From NCBI GenBank assembly GCA_963748295.1, contig CAVVIH010000005.1:459500-523499 (forward strand): a DNA stretch of 64,000 nucleotides, read 5' to 3'. Below are positions 18,219-27,095 of this stretch, one piece after another (the stretch's first letter is position 1; every line of letters begins with the position of its first letter). The position numbers were made by a program, and so were the translations under genes. The stretch comes from an uncultured Acidobacteriota bacterium. GTDB lineage: Bacteria; Acidobacteriota; Vicinamibacteria; Vicinamibacterales; 2-12-FULL-66-21. The notes under the pieces were generated by a model. It did not search any database. It was given only the letters and a program-made list of their open reading frames with translations, and was not told the DNA's origin.

Positions 18219-18719
18219 TCAGGACAGCTTGCGGAGCATCAGCGGCGTCACGAACCACCGCAGTTGGCCATGCCCCTTCGGCGGAAGCACCTCGAAGTCG
18301 ATCCGGCAGATCGCCCCCTTCTTGAACTCGATCGGACTGCGGGCTCCGATCAGCCGCGCCGCGAGCTCGCCAAGGTTGGGTTCATGGCCGACAAGGGCGA
18401 TTCGCCCTTTCTTTGAGTGCCGGGCCAGCTCCTGGATCACGGCAGCAGGCGTGCCTGCCGGCGTGAGCGCGTCGCTCGTCGCCACCGGCGGCTTCGACTT
18501 CATCGTCTCGGCGAAGACATCCGCCGTCTGCTTCGCGCGCACGAGCGGACTGGTAATGATTTGATCGAACTCGACCCCGAGATCGTCGAGCGCCTTGGCT
18601 TCGCGCTTCAGCCGGGCGATGCCCTTCGCGATCAACGGACGCTTCGAGTCGTCTGGATACGCCTCGCCGCGCTCCGCAGCGACGCCGTGACGAATGATGT
18701 AGATCTCCCAGGTCGCCAT
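18219..18719 (-). CDS. sixA: Phosphohistidine phosphatase SixA
   Basis: IYIIRHGVA (RHG catalytic motif) ...ITSPLVRAKQTA...LVGHEPNLGEL. 166 aa. Confidence 0.88.
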   Translation of the reverse strand: MATWEIYIIRHGVAAERGEAYPDDSKRPLIAKGIARLKREAKALDDLGVEFDQIITSPLVRAKQTADVFAETMKSKPPVATSDALTPAGTPAAVIQELARHSKKGRIALVGHEPNLGELAARLIGARSPIEFKKGAICRIDFEVLPPKGHGQLRWFVTPLMLRKLS

Positions 18720-18725
18720 GGTCGA

Positions 18726-19704
18726 TCAGCGGTGGGACGTACCAGCCGAGGCCTTCGACAGCGACGCGGCGCGCGCGGCGGACGATGACAGCTTCATCTT
18801 CAGCGGTCCGCGCGATTTGCGACGCCGCGCCACCTGAGGTGCGACGACTGCCTGGATGTCGTCGATCGCGGCCTGCAGCGCGCCGACGGTCGCGAGGTAG
18901 CGCGCATGCAGATGACGGCACTCCTCTTCGAGTTGCCGCGAGATGATTTCGAGGCCGCCCTCGCGCGCCGGATGCGCGCGGCGGCTGCGCCTGCACGGCG
19001 GCGACGTGCGTCTGCAGCACCTGCACGTCGTGCAGACGGCCGAGCGTGTCCTGCACCCGCTTGATGGTCCGCACCGCGTGAGTCGCCGCCTTCACGCCGG
19101 TCTCCCCGCCACTTCCGCCGCGTAACGCAGCTTCTTTGCCGCGATGCGCACCATGTGAAGCCGCTCGGCCTCGTACAACTGACCCGCGTCCGCGACTGCT
19201 GCGCGCAGTGCCTTGGATCGCTTCAGCAGGCGCTTCGAGAGCGCCTCACGCCAGTCGTCTGTTCCGGCCTGCTCGAGCGTCTGCGCCAGCGACGTGAGCC
19301 GCTTATCGAGCTTGTCGACGTTCACACGCCCGAGCCGCTTCAGCATCACCTCGCGACGGCGCTCCTGCTCCTTCATGACGTACGCGCGGACGTCTTCGAG
19401 GGCCAGACGGGGCACCCCTTCGCGCTTGACCAGTTCGTCGATCAGCGCCACCGTGACATCGAGCTCCCGGATCGCCCCGAGCGCGCCCGTAATCCTGCGG
19501 ATCTTCCGTCGCGCCTTGTCGGCTTTGCTGTCCTTCAGGCCGGTCGCGAGCACGGGCACGGCCTCGCGCAGCCGGCGCGAGGCCACCCGTGCCTGGTGAA
19601 CGCCAACCCCATTCCCTGCAGCAGCTTCCGCGAGATGGCGCTTCAGCGCCTGGCTGCGGCGGGCCAGTAACACGGTCGTTACAGGTGGGTTAACGCGGTT
19701 CATG
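18726..19704 (-). CDS. CHAD domain protein, second copy (two frame slips near 19100 and 18975)
   Basis: VHQARVASRRLREAV, MVRIAAKKLRYAAEVAG, then after a slip at a G4 run ETGVKAATHAVRTIKRVQDTLGRLHDVQVL, then a third frame LEIISRQLEEECRHLHARYLATV...SHR ending at 18726. The start is uncertain (ATG 19704 or a downstream GTG). Confidence 0.7.
19668..19696 (+). promoter_or_regulatory. Candidate Pho box: GTAACAC-N4-GTTACAG-N4-GTTAACG
   Basis: Heptamers at 19668, 19679 and 19690 with 11-bp phasing, about 125 nt upstream of ppx. The array overlaps the first codons of the CHAD ORF if ATG 19704 is used. Confidence 0.5.
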
Positions 19705-19819
19705 GTAGGATCGCGGCTCGACAAGACGTTGTGACATGGCTTCCAACCCCAGGTCAGCCAGTATATAACGGGCATATCACGCGGTTCCAACAGTTGAGCC
19801 GCCTCTCCCGCCCGCCCGC

Positions 19820-21487
19820 ATGCGCATCGCAGCCATCGACATAGGCACCAACTCGGTTCACATGATCGTCGTGCAGGTCCGGCCCGACCTGTCGTTCGAA
19901 GTCATCGATCGCGAAAAGGACATGGTGCGCCTGGGCGCGGGGGGCCTCGATGGCCGCAACCTGACCCCGACCGCCATGAGCGCGGCGATGCAGACGCTCT
20001 CGAAGTTCCGGCGGCTGGCCGAATCGCACAAGGTGGACGAAATCGTCGCCGCGGCCACCAGCGCCACGCGCGAAGCCGAGAACGGCGGCGACTTTATCGC
20101 CGAGGTTCTCCGCGAGACCGGAATCGCCATCCGCGTCATCTCCGGCACCGAAGAAGCGCGCCTCATTCACCTCGCGGCGGGGTACGGCGTGGACATCGGC
20201 GGCACCACCGCGGTCGTCGTGGACATCGGCGGCGGCAGCGTCGAGGTCACGCTCGGAACCGCCACGCATCTGACGCTCGGCCGCAGCTTCAAGACCGGCG
20301 TGATCAGGCTGACCGAGCGTTTCGTCCAGAGCGATCCGTTGTCGAGCGGGAACGAGCGGCGCCTCATCAAGCACCTCAATCGCGAGATGGGCGCGTATCT
20401 GGACCAGATTGCCGCGCGCGGCTTCGACCGGGTGATCGGCACGTCCGGCACGATTCTGAGCCTTGGCGCGATGGCGTCGAGCGACGAATCGGGAAGCGTC
20501 GAAGACCTCCGCAACCTTCAAGTCTCCGCCAAGGCGCTTCACAAGCTCCGCAAGCGCATTGTCGAATCGGATATCGGGGAGCGCCTGAAGATTCCCGCGA
20601 TGGATCCGCGCCGCGCGGATCTGTCGGTCGCCGGCTCGGTGCTGTTCGACACCATCGTCCGCCGTCTCGGCGCCGACGAATTCACGCTGTGCGACCTGGC
20701 GCTCCGTGAGGGTCTGGTCCTCGACTACATCCATCGGAACAGCGCGAAGATCCGCAAGGCGGAGCGCTACCCCGACGTCCGCCGGCGCAGCGTGATCGAG
20801 CTGGGCGAACGCTGCGGCTACTGGTCGGAGCACGCGCAGCAGGTGGCGCGGCTCGCGTTGAGCATTTTCGACCAGACACGCAGCGTGCACGGCTTGTCGG
20901 ACAAAGAGCGTGAGTGGCTCGAGTTCGGCGCGCTGCTGCACGACGTCGGCGTGCACATCAGCTACGAGCGTCATCACCGGCATTCGTACTACCTGATCAA
21001 GAACGGCGATCTCCGCGGCTTCAATCCGCAGGAGATCGAGGTCATCGCGCTGCTCGCCCGCTATCACCGTCAGGCCACGCCGAAGAAATCGCACGACGGA
21101 TATACGGATCTCTCCGGCACGCAGCGGGGAACCGTGAAAACGCTCTCGGCGATGGTGCGCCTCGCGGAAGGCCTCGATCGCAGCCACGCCCAGGCACTCT
21201 CGGGACTCGATATCTTCCCGCGCGGCGACGATTATCTCGTCCGGCTGCGGGCGTCAGGAGACGCGGAGCTCGAGCTGTGGGCCGCGCACCGGCACGTCGC
21301 GCCGCTGGAGAAAGTGCTCGGCAAGCCAATACGCTTCGAAGTCGCCGGCAGCGACTACAAGGAACGCGCGAAAAATGGTGAACAACCTGACCACACCGCA
21401 CGTGCACCCGGGAAAGCTGTTCGTGGTCGAAGGCATCGACGGGTCGGGAAAGACGACGCAGCTCGCGCTGCTGGCAAAGTGGCTTAG
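19820..21487 (+). CDS. ppx: Exopolyphosphatase / guanosine pentaphosphate phosphohydrolase (Ppx/GppA) with a C-terminal HD domain
   Basis: IAAIDIGTNSVHMIVV, VVDIGGGSVEV, and HD region LLHDVGVHISYERHHRHSYYLI. The last roughly 37 codons overlap the next gene by 113 nt and look like out-of-frame read-through (Arg/Ala-rich), so the real stop may be earlier. Confidence 0.88.
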   Translation: MRIAAIDIGTNSVHMIVVQVRPDLSFEVIDREKDMVRLGAGGLDGRNLTPTAMSAAMQTLSKFRRLAESHKVDEIVAAATSATREAENGGDFIAEVLRETGIAIRVISGTEEARLIHLAAGYGVDIGGTTAVVVDIGGGSVEVTLGTATHLTLGRSFKTGVIRLTERFVQSDPLSSGNERRLIKHLNREMGAYLDQIAARGFDRVIGTSGTILSLGAMASSDESGSVEDLRNLQVSAKALHKLRKRIVESDIGERLKIPAMDPRRADLSVAGSVLFDTIVRRLGADEFTLCDLALREGLVLDYIHRNSAKIRKAERYPDVRRRSVIELGERCGYWSEHAQQVARLALSIFDQTRSVHGLSDKEREWLEFGALLHDVGVHISYERHHRHSYYLIKNGDLRGFNPQEIEVIALLARYHRQATPKKSHDGYTDLSGTQRGTVKTLSAMVRLAEGLDRSHAQALSGLDIFPRGDDYLVRLRASGDAELELWAAHRHVAPLEKVLGKPIRFEVAGSDYKERAKNGEQPDHTARAPGKAVRGRRHRRVGKDDAARAAGKVA

Positions 21488-22073
21488 CGCCGCCGGCCAT
21501 CCGGTGTTCGTCACCGAGTGGAACTCGTCGGCGATCGTCAAGGCGGCGACGAAAACCGGCAAGAAGAAGAACGCGCTGACGCCGATGACGTTCAGCCTGT
21601 TGCACGCCACGGACTTCGCCGATCGCCTCCTTTACAACGTCATTCCCCCGCTCAAGGCCGGCATGATCGTGCTGGCCGATCGCTATGCCTATACCGCCTT
21701 CGCGCGCGATGCCGCGAGAGGCGTCGATCGGCACTGGGTGCGTGAGCTGTACAGCTTCGCGGTCAAACCGGACCTCAGCGTCTACTTCAAGGTGCCGCTC
21801 GACGTCTCGACCGATCGACTCCTGGCGCGGCGCGTGAAGCTCAAGTTCTACGAAGCCGGCATGGACATGGGCTGGAGCACGAACGTCATCGAGAGCTTCC
21901 GGATTTTCCAGGGCCGCGTGCTCGACGAGTACGATCGGCTCGTCGAGGAGTTCGACCTGAGCGTCATTCCGGCGCACGGCAGCATCACCGACCAGCAGCG
22001 CACGTTCCGCAAGCTGGTCTCTCAGCACCTGCAGATCAAGGACACCGATGAACAGCTCGACGAGCTTGCCTGA
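21375..22073 (+). CDS. Thymidylate-kinase-like P-loop kinase, copy 1 (canonical Walker A)
   Basis: FVVEGIDGSGKTTQ (Lys codon at 21450-21452) and LADRYAYTAFA (DRY-like). It is longer and more divergent than housekeeping Tmk. Confidence 0.7.
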   Translation: MVNNLTTPHVHPGKLFVVEGIDGSGKTTQLALLAKWLSAAGHPVFVTEWNSSAIVKAATKTGKKKNALTPMTFSLLHATDFADRLLYNVIPPLKAGMIVLADRYAYTAFARDAARGVDRHWVRELYSFAVKPDLSVYFKVPLDVSTDRLLARRVKLKFYEAGMDMGWSTNVIESFRIFQGRVLDEYDRLVEEFDLSVIPAHGSITDQQRTFRKLVSQHLQIKDTDEQLDELA

Positions 22074-22851
22074 GGGAGAGCCTCAGGCCCGTAAGAGCAC
22101 CCGCGACGATACGCGCAGCGACCCGTCGGGCGCGTCGGCCGTGAAGCCCGGGAGCTATTACGGCAACGGCATCCCCTATCTGCCGATCGAGGGCTACCCC
22201 GGAAAGATCATCGCGATCGAAGGCACCGATGGCGTCGGCCGGACGACGCAGATCAGGCTGCTGCGGGAGTGGCTGGAGGTCCAGGGCTACGGCGTGATCG
22301 AAACCGGGTGGACGCGCTCCCAGCTGATGCAGCCGACGATCGATCTGGCCAAAGGCAGCAACACGCTCAACAAGCTGACGTTCGTGCTGCTGTATGCCAC
22401 CGACTTCGCGGACCGCCTTGAAAAGGAAATCATTCCAGCCCTCAAAGCCGGCTTCGTGGTCCTCTCCGACCGTTACATCTTCACGGCAATGGCGCGGGCG
22501 GGAGTACCAGGCGTCGATCGCACCTGGGTCCGCAATCTCTACGGGTTCGCCATTGCGCCCCACCTCGTCTTCTACCTCAAGACCGACGAGAAGACGCTGA
22601 TCCGCCGCGTGCTGCAGTCGCGCGGCATGGATTTCTGGGAATCGGGCATGGACATGAAGCTCGGCGACGACATTTACGAGAGCTTCCGCGCCTACCAGCG
22701 CGCGATGCTCCGAGAGTTCACCTCGATGTCCGAAGAGTTCGGGTTCCGGGTGCTCGACGCGCGCCGGAAGATCGACGTCATCCAGGAAGAGCTCCGCCGG
22801 CAGATCGGGGCCTTCCTGGCCGAAAGCGATGGCGGAAGGCCGGGCGACTAG
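22048..22851 (+). CDS. Thymidylate-kinase-like P-loop protein, copy 2 (Walker A Lys replaced by Arg)
   Basis: IAIEGTDGVGRTTQ (CGG Arg codon at 22240-22242) and LSDRYIFTAMA. It is collinear with copy 1 (FVLLYATDFADRL vs FSLLHATDFADRL; FWESGMDM vs FYEAGMDM) and overlaps it by 26 nt. Confidence 0.7.
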   Translation: MNSSTSLPEGEPQARKSTRDDTRSDPSGASAVKPGSYYGNGIPYLPIEGYPGKIIAIEGTDGVGRTTQIRLLREWLEVQGYGVIETGWTRSQLMQPTIDLAKGSNTLNKLTFVLLYATDFADRLEKEIIPALKAGFVVLSDRYIFTAMARAGVPGVDRTWVRNLYGFAIAPHLVFYLKTDEKTLIRRVLQSRGMDFWESGMDMKLGDDIYESFRAYQRAMLREFTSMSEEFGFRVLDARRKIDVIQEELRRQIGAFLAESDGGRPGD

Positions 22852-22854
22852 GTG

Positions 22855-22883
22855 GTTACACAGAATTTACACGTGTGAAACTG
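22855..22883 (+). promoter_or_regulatory. Candidate Pho box: GTTACAC-N4-TTTACAC-N4-GAAACTG
   Basis: Heptamers at 22855, 22866 and 22877. The array starts 4 nt after the preceding stop and ends 35 nt before the pstB ATG. Confidence 0.5.
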
Positions 22884-22917
22884 GCGGGAAATCGCCGGCA
22901 GTTAGGCTGAATCTCGC

Positions 22918-23748
22918 ATGAGTGCGCTTCAGACCAGCCCGCGGCCGCTGGCGGTCCAGACCCGCCCCCAGGATCCGTCCGCACAAGACCGGCCGGTGTC
23001 GATAGACGTTGCCGGGCTGAACTTCTACTACGGGCCCAAGCGAGCGCTCGAAGACATCTCCGTCAAGATTCCCGCCCGGCTCGTCACGGCGTTCATCGGG
23101 CCGTCCGGCTGCGGCAAGAGCACATTCCTGCGCACGCTGAACAGGATGAACGACATCATTCCTGGCACGCGGGTCGAGGGAAAAGTCCTGATCGAGGGCG
23201 ATGACGTCTACCGGCCGGGCACCGACGTCGTCGCGCTTCGCCGGCGCGTCGGCATGGTCTTCCAGAAGTCGAATCCGTTTCCGAAGTCCATCTTCGAGAA
23301 CGTGGCGTATGGCCTGCGGATCAACGGGCTGGCGAATGGACGGGCGGACCTCAACGAGCGGGTCGAGGAGAGCCTGAAGGCCGCGGCCATCTGGGACGAA
23401 GTGAAAGATCGACTCTACGATTCCGCGCTGGCGCTCTCGGGCGGCCAGCAGCAGCGGCTGTGCATCGCCCGCGCGCTGGCGATCAAGCCGGAGATCCTGC
23501 TGATGGACGAGCCGGCGTCGGCGCTGGATCCGATCGCCACCCAGCGCATCGAGGAGCTGATCTACCAGCTCAAGTCGGAGTACACCATCGTCATCGTCAC
23601 CCATAACATGCAGCAGGCGGCGCGGGTGTCGGATCGCACCGCGTTCTTCTGGCTCGGGCGGCTCGTCGAGTACGGGTCGACCGATCGCATCTTCACGAAC
23701 CCGGCGGAAAAGCTGACCGAAGACTACGTCACCGGGCGGTTTGGATAG
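22918..23748 (+). CDS. pstB: Phosphate ABC transporter ATP-binding protein PstB
   Basis: [38 protein letters not shown], and the PstB-typical C-terminal [10 protein letters not shown]. Confidence 0.95.
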   Translation: MSALQTSPRPLAVQTRPQDPSAQDRPVSIDVAGLNFYYGPKRALEDISVKIPARLVTAFIGPSGCGKSTFLRTLNRMNDIIPGTRVEGKVLIEGDDVYRPGTDVVALRRRVGMVFQKSNPFPKSIFENVAYGLRINGLANGRADLNERVEESLKAAAIWDEVKDRLYDSALALSGGQQQRLCIARALAIKPEILLMDEPASALDPIATQRIEELIYQLKSEYTIVIVTHNMQQAARVSDRTAFFWLGRLVEYGSTDRIFTNPAEKLTEDYVTGRFG

Positions 23749-23755
23749 GACCTCG

Positions 23756-24436
23756 ATGGCAGAACGGATCGTTCCCCACTTCCAGGAGGAGCTGGAACAG
23801 CTCAAGACGCGGCTGCTCGAGATGGGCGGGCTGGCCGAGGACCGCGTGCGCGCCTCGGTGCAGGCGCTGGTCGAACGCGACTCGACGCTGGTCGATCGCG
23901 TGCTCGCCGGCGACGGTCCGATCAACCAGCTGCACATCGAGATCGACAGCCGCTGCTTCAAGCTGCTCGCCCTGCATCAGCCGATGGCGGTCGACCTCCG
24001 CGCGATCGTGTCGGCGGTGAAGATCAACACCGACCTCGAGCGGGTCGGCGATCTGGCGATCAACATCGCCGAGGCGGCGCGCCGGTATCTGCGGCACCCG
24101 CCGGTCAAGGAGCTGATCGACATCCCGCGGATGGCGGACATCGCGCAGCGCATGCTGCGCAACGCGCTCGATTCCTACGTCCGCCGCGACCTCAAGCTCG
24201 CGCACGAGGTGCTCAACGAGGACGACCTGCTCGACTCGCTGAAGACGCAGGTGTTCCGCGAGCTGCTCACCTACATGCTGCAGAACACCGCGACGATCGA
24301 GCCGGCGCTCGACCTGATCCTGATCTCACGGCACCTCGAACGGATCGGCGACCATGCGACCAACGTCGCCGAGGACGTCATCTTCATGGTGTCGGCGCGC
24401 GACGTCCGGCACCACGCCGGCGAGGTCGAGGCCTAA
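23756..24436 (+). CDS. phoU: Phosphate signalling complex protein PhoU
   Basis: Two PhoU repeats are present (INTDLERVGDLAINIAE and ISRHLERIGDHATNVAED). I prefer the ATG at 23756 over the track TTG at 23741, which overlaps the pstB stop. Confidence 0.93.
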   Translation: MAERIVPHFQEELEQLKTRLLEMGGLAEDRVRASVQALVERDSTLVDRVLAGDGPINQLHIEIDSRCFKLLALHQPMAVDLRAIVSAVKINTDLERVGDLAINIAEAARRYLRHPPVKELIDIPRMADIAQRMLRNALDSYVRRDLKLAHEVLNEDDLLDSLKTQVFRELLTYMLQNTATIEPALDLILISRHLERIGDHATNVAEDVIFMVSARDVRHHAGEVEA

Positions 24437-24469
24437 CAGACCGGCGCTCGGCCGGCAACGAACCTCCAC

Positions 24470-24696
24470 GAATCCGCGACAATCAGCGTCCCGCGATCCT
24501 TCTGATCCGTGGAATCCGCGACAATCAGCGTTCCGTGATCCTCCTGATCCTGGATCCGCGACAATCAGCGTTCCGTGATCCTCCTGATCCCTGGATCCGC
24601 GACAATCAGCGTTCCGTGATCCTCCTGATCCGTGGAATCCGCGACAATCAGCGTTCCGTGATCCTCCTGATCCGTGGAATCCGCGTCTCCGCTGAT
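24470..24696. repeat. Tandem array of 5 full and 1 partial copies of a 41-42-bp unit GAATCCGCGACAATCAGCGTTCCGTGATCCTCCTGATCCGTG
   Basis: Unit boundaries are 24470, 24512, 24553, 24594, 24635 and 24677. Copies 2-5 differ by only 1-3 nt. There are no spacers, so it is not a CRISPR array. Confidence 0.92.
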
Positions 24697-24709
24697 AGAA
24701 TAAATAGGT

Positions 24710-24888
24710 TTGCCACGGCCCGAACCGCTCTGCGTGGTACTGTCGCCGTTCGCCGGTCGACCCGGCCTGGCGACCGTTCTGCAGCGAGCGGTGCAAGATG
24801 GCTGATCTCGGCCGCTGGCTGACCGAAGAAGTACCGGGTGCCCGTCGAGGCCCCGCCGGACCGGCCGGAGGATACCGGCGACGAATAA
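24710..24888 (+). CDS. yacG: YacG-like zinc-finger protein (DNA gyrase inhibitor family), not in the ORF track; 2 apparent frame slips
   Basis: The frame containing ...CRRSPVDPAWRPFCSERCKMADLGRWLTEE matches the YacG signature PFCSxRCxxxDLGxW. The N-terminus (TTG 24710, PRPEPLCV) and the tail (YRVPVEAPPDRPEDTGDE, stop 24886-24888) lie in neighbouring frames. Confidence 0.5.
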
Positions 24889-24910
24889 CCGTCAACGCTG
24901 ACTGCTGCGC

Positions 24911-26197
<1,287 letters not shown>

Positions 26198-26199
26198 GT

Positions 26200-27095
26200 A
26201 TGCTGCGCGCCGTCGTGCTCACCGCGCTGACCTCTGCGGCGTGCCTGTACCGGCGTAGAGCCCGGTCCGGCGTTCGACGGCAAGCGCGCCTTCGAGCACG
26301 TGCGGCAGCTCGTCGAGATCGGCCCGCGTCCCGCCGGCTCCCCCGGCGCGGCCCGCGCCCGCGAGTACATCGCCAAGCAGCTCGGCGAGCTCGGGCTCAA
26401 GGTCGAAGAACAGGCCTTCGACGCCAAGACCCCGCTCGGCGTGGTGCGAATGGTGAACCTGCGCGCGACGTTCCCGTCGGAGCCGGCATCCGGCCGCTCG
26501 CCTCCTGATCACCGGCCACTACGACACCAAGCTCTTCGAGGAATTCACGTTCGTCGGCGCCAACGACGGCGGCTCGAGCGCTGCGTTCCTGATCGAGATT
26601 GCGCGAGTGCTGAAGGATGCGAAACGGCCGCTTCCCATCGAGCTGGTGTTCTTCGACGGCGAGGAAGCGGTGATCGACTGGAACCAGGGCGACGACAACA
26701 CCTACGGCAGCCGGCACTACGTCGAGGCGGCGCGCGCCGGCGGCCGGCTGAAGGACATCCGCGCGATGATCCTCGTCGACATGATTGGCGATCGCGACCT
26801 GCGGATCCTGCGCGAGACCAACTCGACGCGGTGGCTGACCGACGCGATCTGGAACGCCGCGAAGCGCGCCGGCCGGCGTGAGTTCGTCGACGAGCCGCTC
26901 GACGTCAAGGACGATCACCTGTCGTTCCTGAAGGCCGGCGTCCCCGCCGTCGACATCATCGACCTCGACTACCCGGCGTGGCACACCGAGGGCGACACGC
27001 TGGACAAGGTGTCGGCCGAGTCGCTCCAGGCGGTCGGGGATGTCGTGCTCGCGGCGCTGCCGGAGATCCTCGGCCGGCTGGCAAAGCAACGCTAG
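26200..27095 (+). CDS. M28-family peptidase / glutaminyl-cyclase-like protein (2 frame slips near 26240 and 26500)
   Basis: MLRAVVLTALTSAA | ACTGVEPGPAFDGKRAFEHVRQLVEIGPRPAGSPGAARAREYI...VNLRATFPSEPASGR | LLITGHYDTKLF...ANDGGSSAAFLIEIARVL...VFFDGEEA...ILVDMIGD...DDHLSFLKAGVPAVDIIDLDYPAWHTEGD. The start is 3 nt after the gltA stop. Confidence 0.75.

Noticed and set aside
19754-21187. Long antisense ORFs opposite well-supported genes (for example 19754-21187 vs ppx, 13305-14396 vs glgC, 24923-25828 vs gltA, 37844-39658 vs DUF4175, 60319-62235 vs yitJ)
   Set aside because: These are typical stop-codon-poor shadow frames of high-GC DNA. The translations are Arg/Ala/Gly/Pro-rich with no recognisable motifs, while the opposite strand carries clear family signatures.
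21375-21487. The ppx C-terminal 37 residues as a genuine extension or ppx-tmk fusion
   Set aside because: The tail (APGKAVRGRRHRRVGKDDAARAAGKVA) looks like out-of-frame translation of the Tmk-like P-loop region. A lost stop or an indel is more likely than a functional overlap, but I cannot decide without reads.
7653-22917. The block between pstA and pstB as a mobile genomic island
   Set aside because: I saw no integrase, transposase, tRNA attachment site or flanking direct repeats, and composition looks like the flanks. The gene content is functionally coherent with pst, so a chromosomal supercluster is more likely.
24470-24696. Possible CRISPR array (regular repeats of about 41 bp)
   Set aside because: The units are directly adjacent with no unique spacers. 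The repeat is long and non-palindromic in the CRISPR sense. No cas genes are in the window. It is a plain tandem repeat.
24326-24895. 189-aa minus-strand ORF (and plus-strand ORFs 24354-24578 and 24535-24822) with repetitive GSGGSRNADCRGFHGS-type sequence
   Set aside because: They are translations of the 41-42-bp tandem array. The unit is not a multiple of 3, there is no RBS, and the same DNA is open in several frames.
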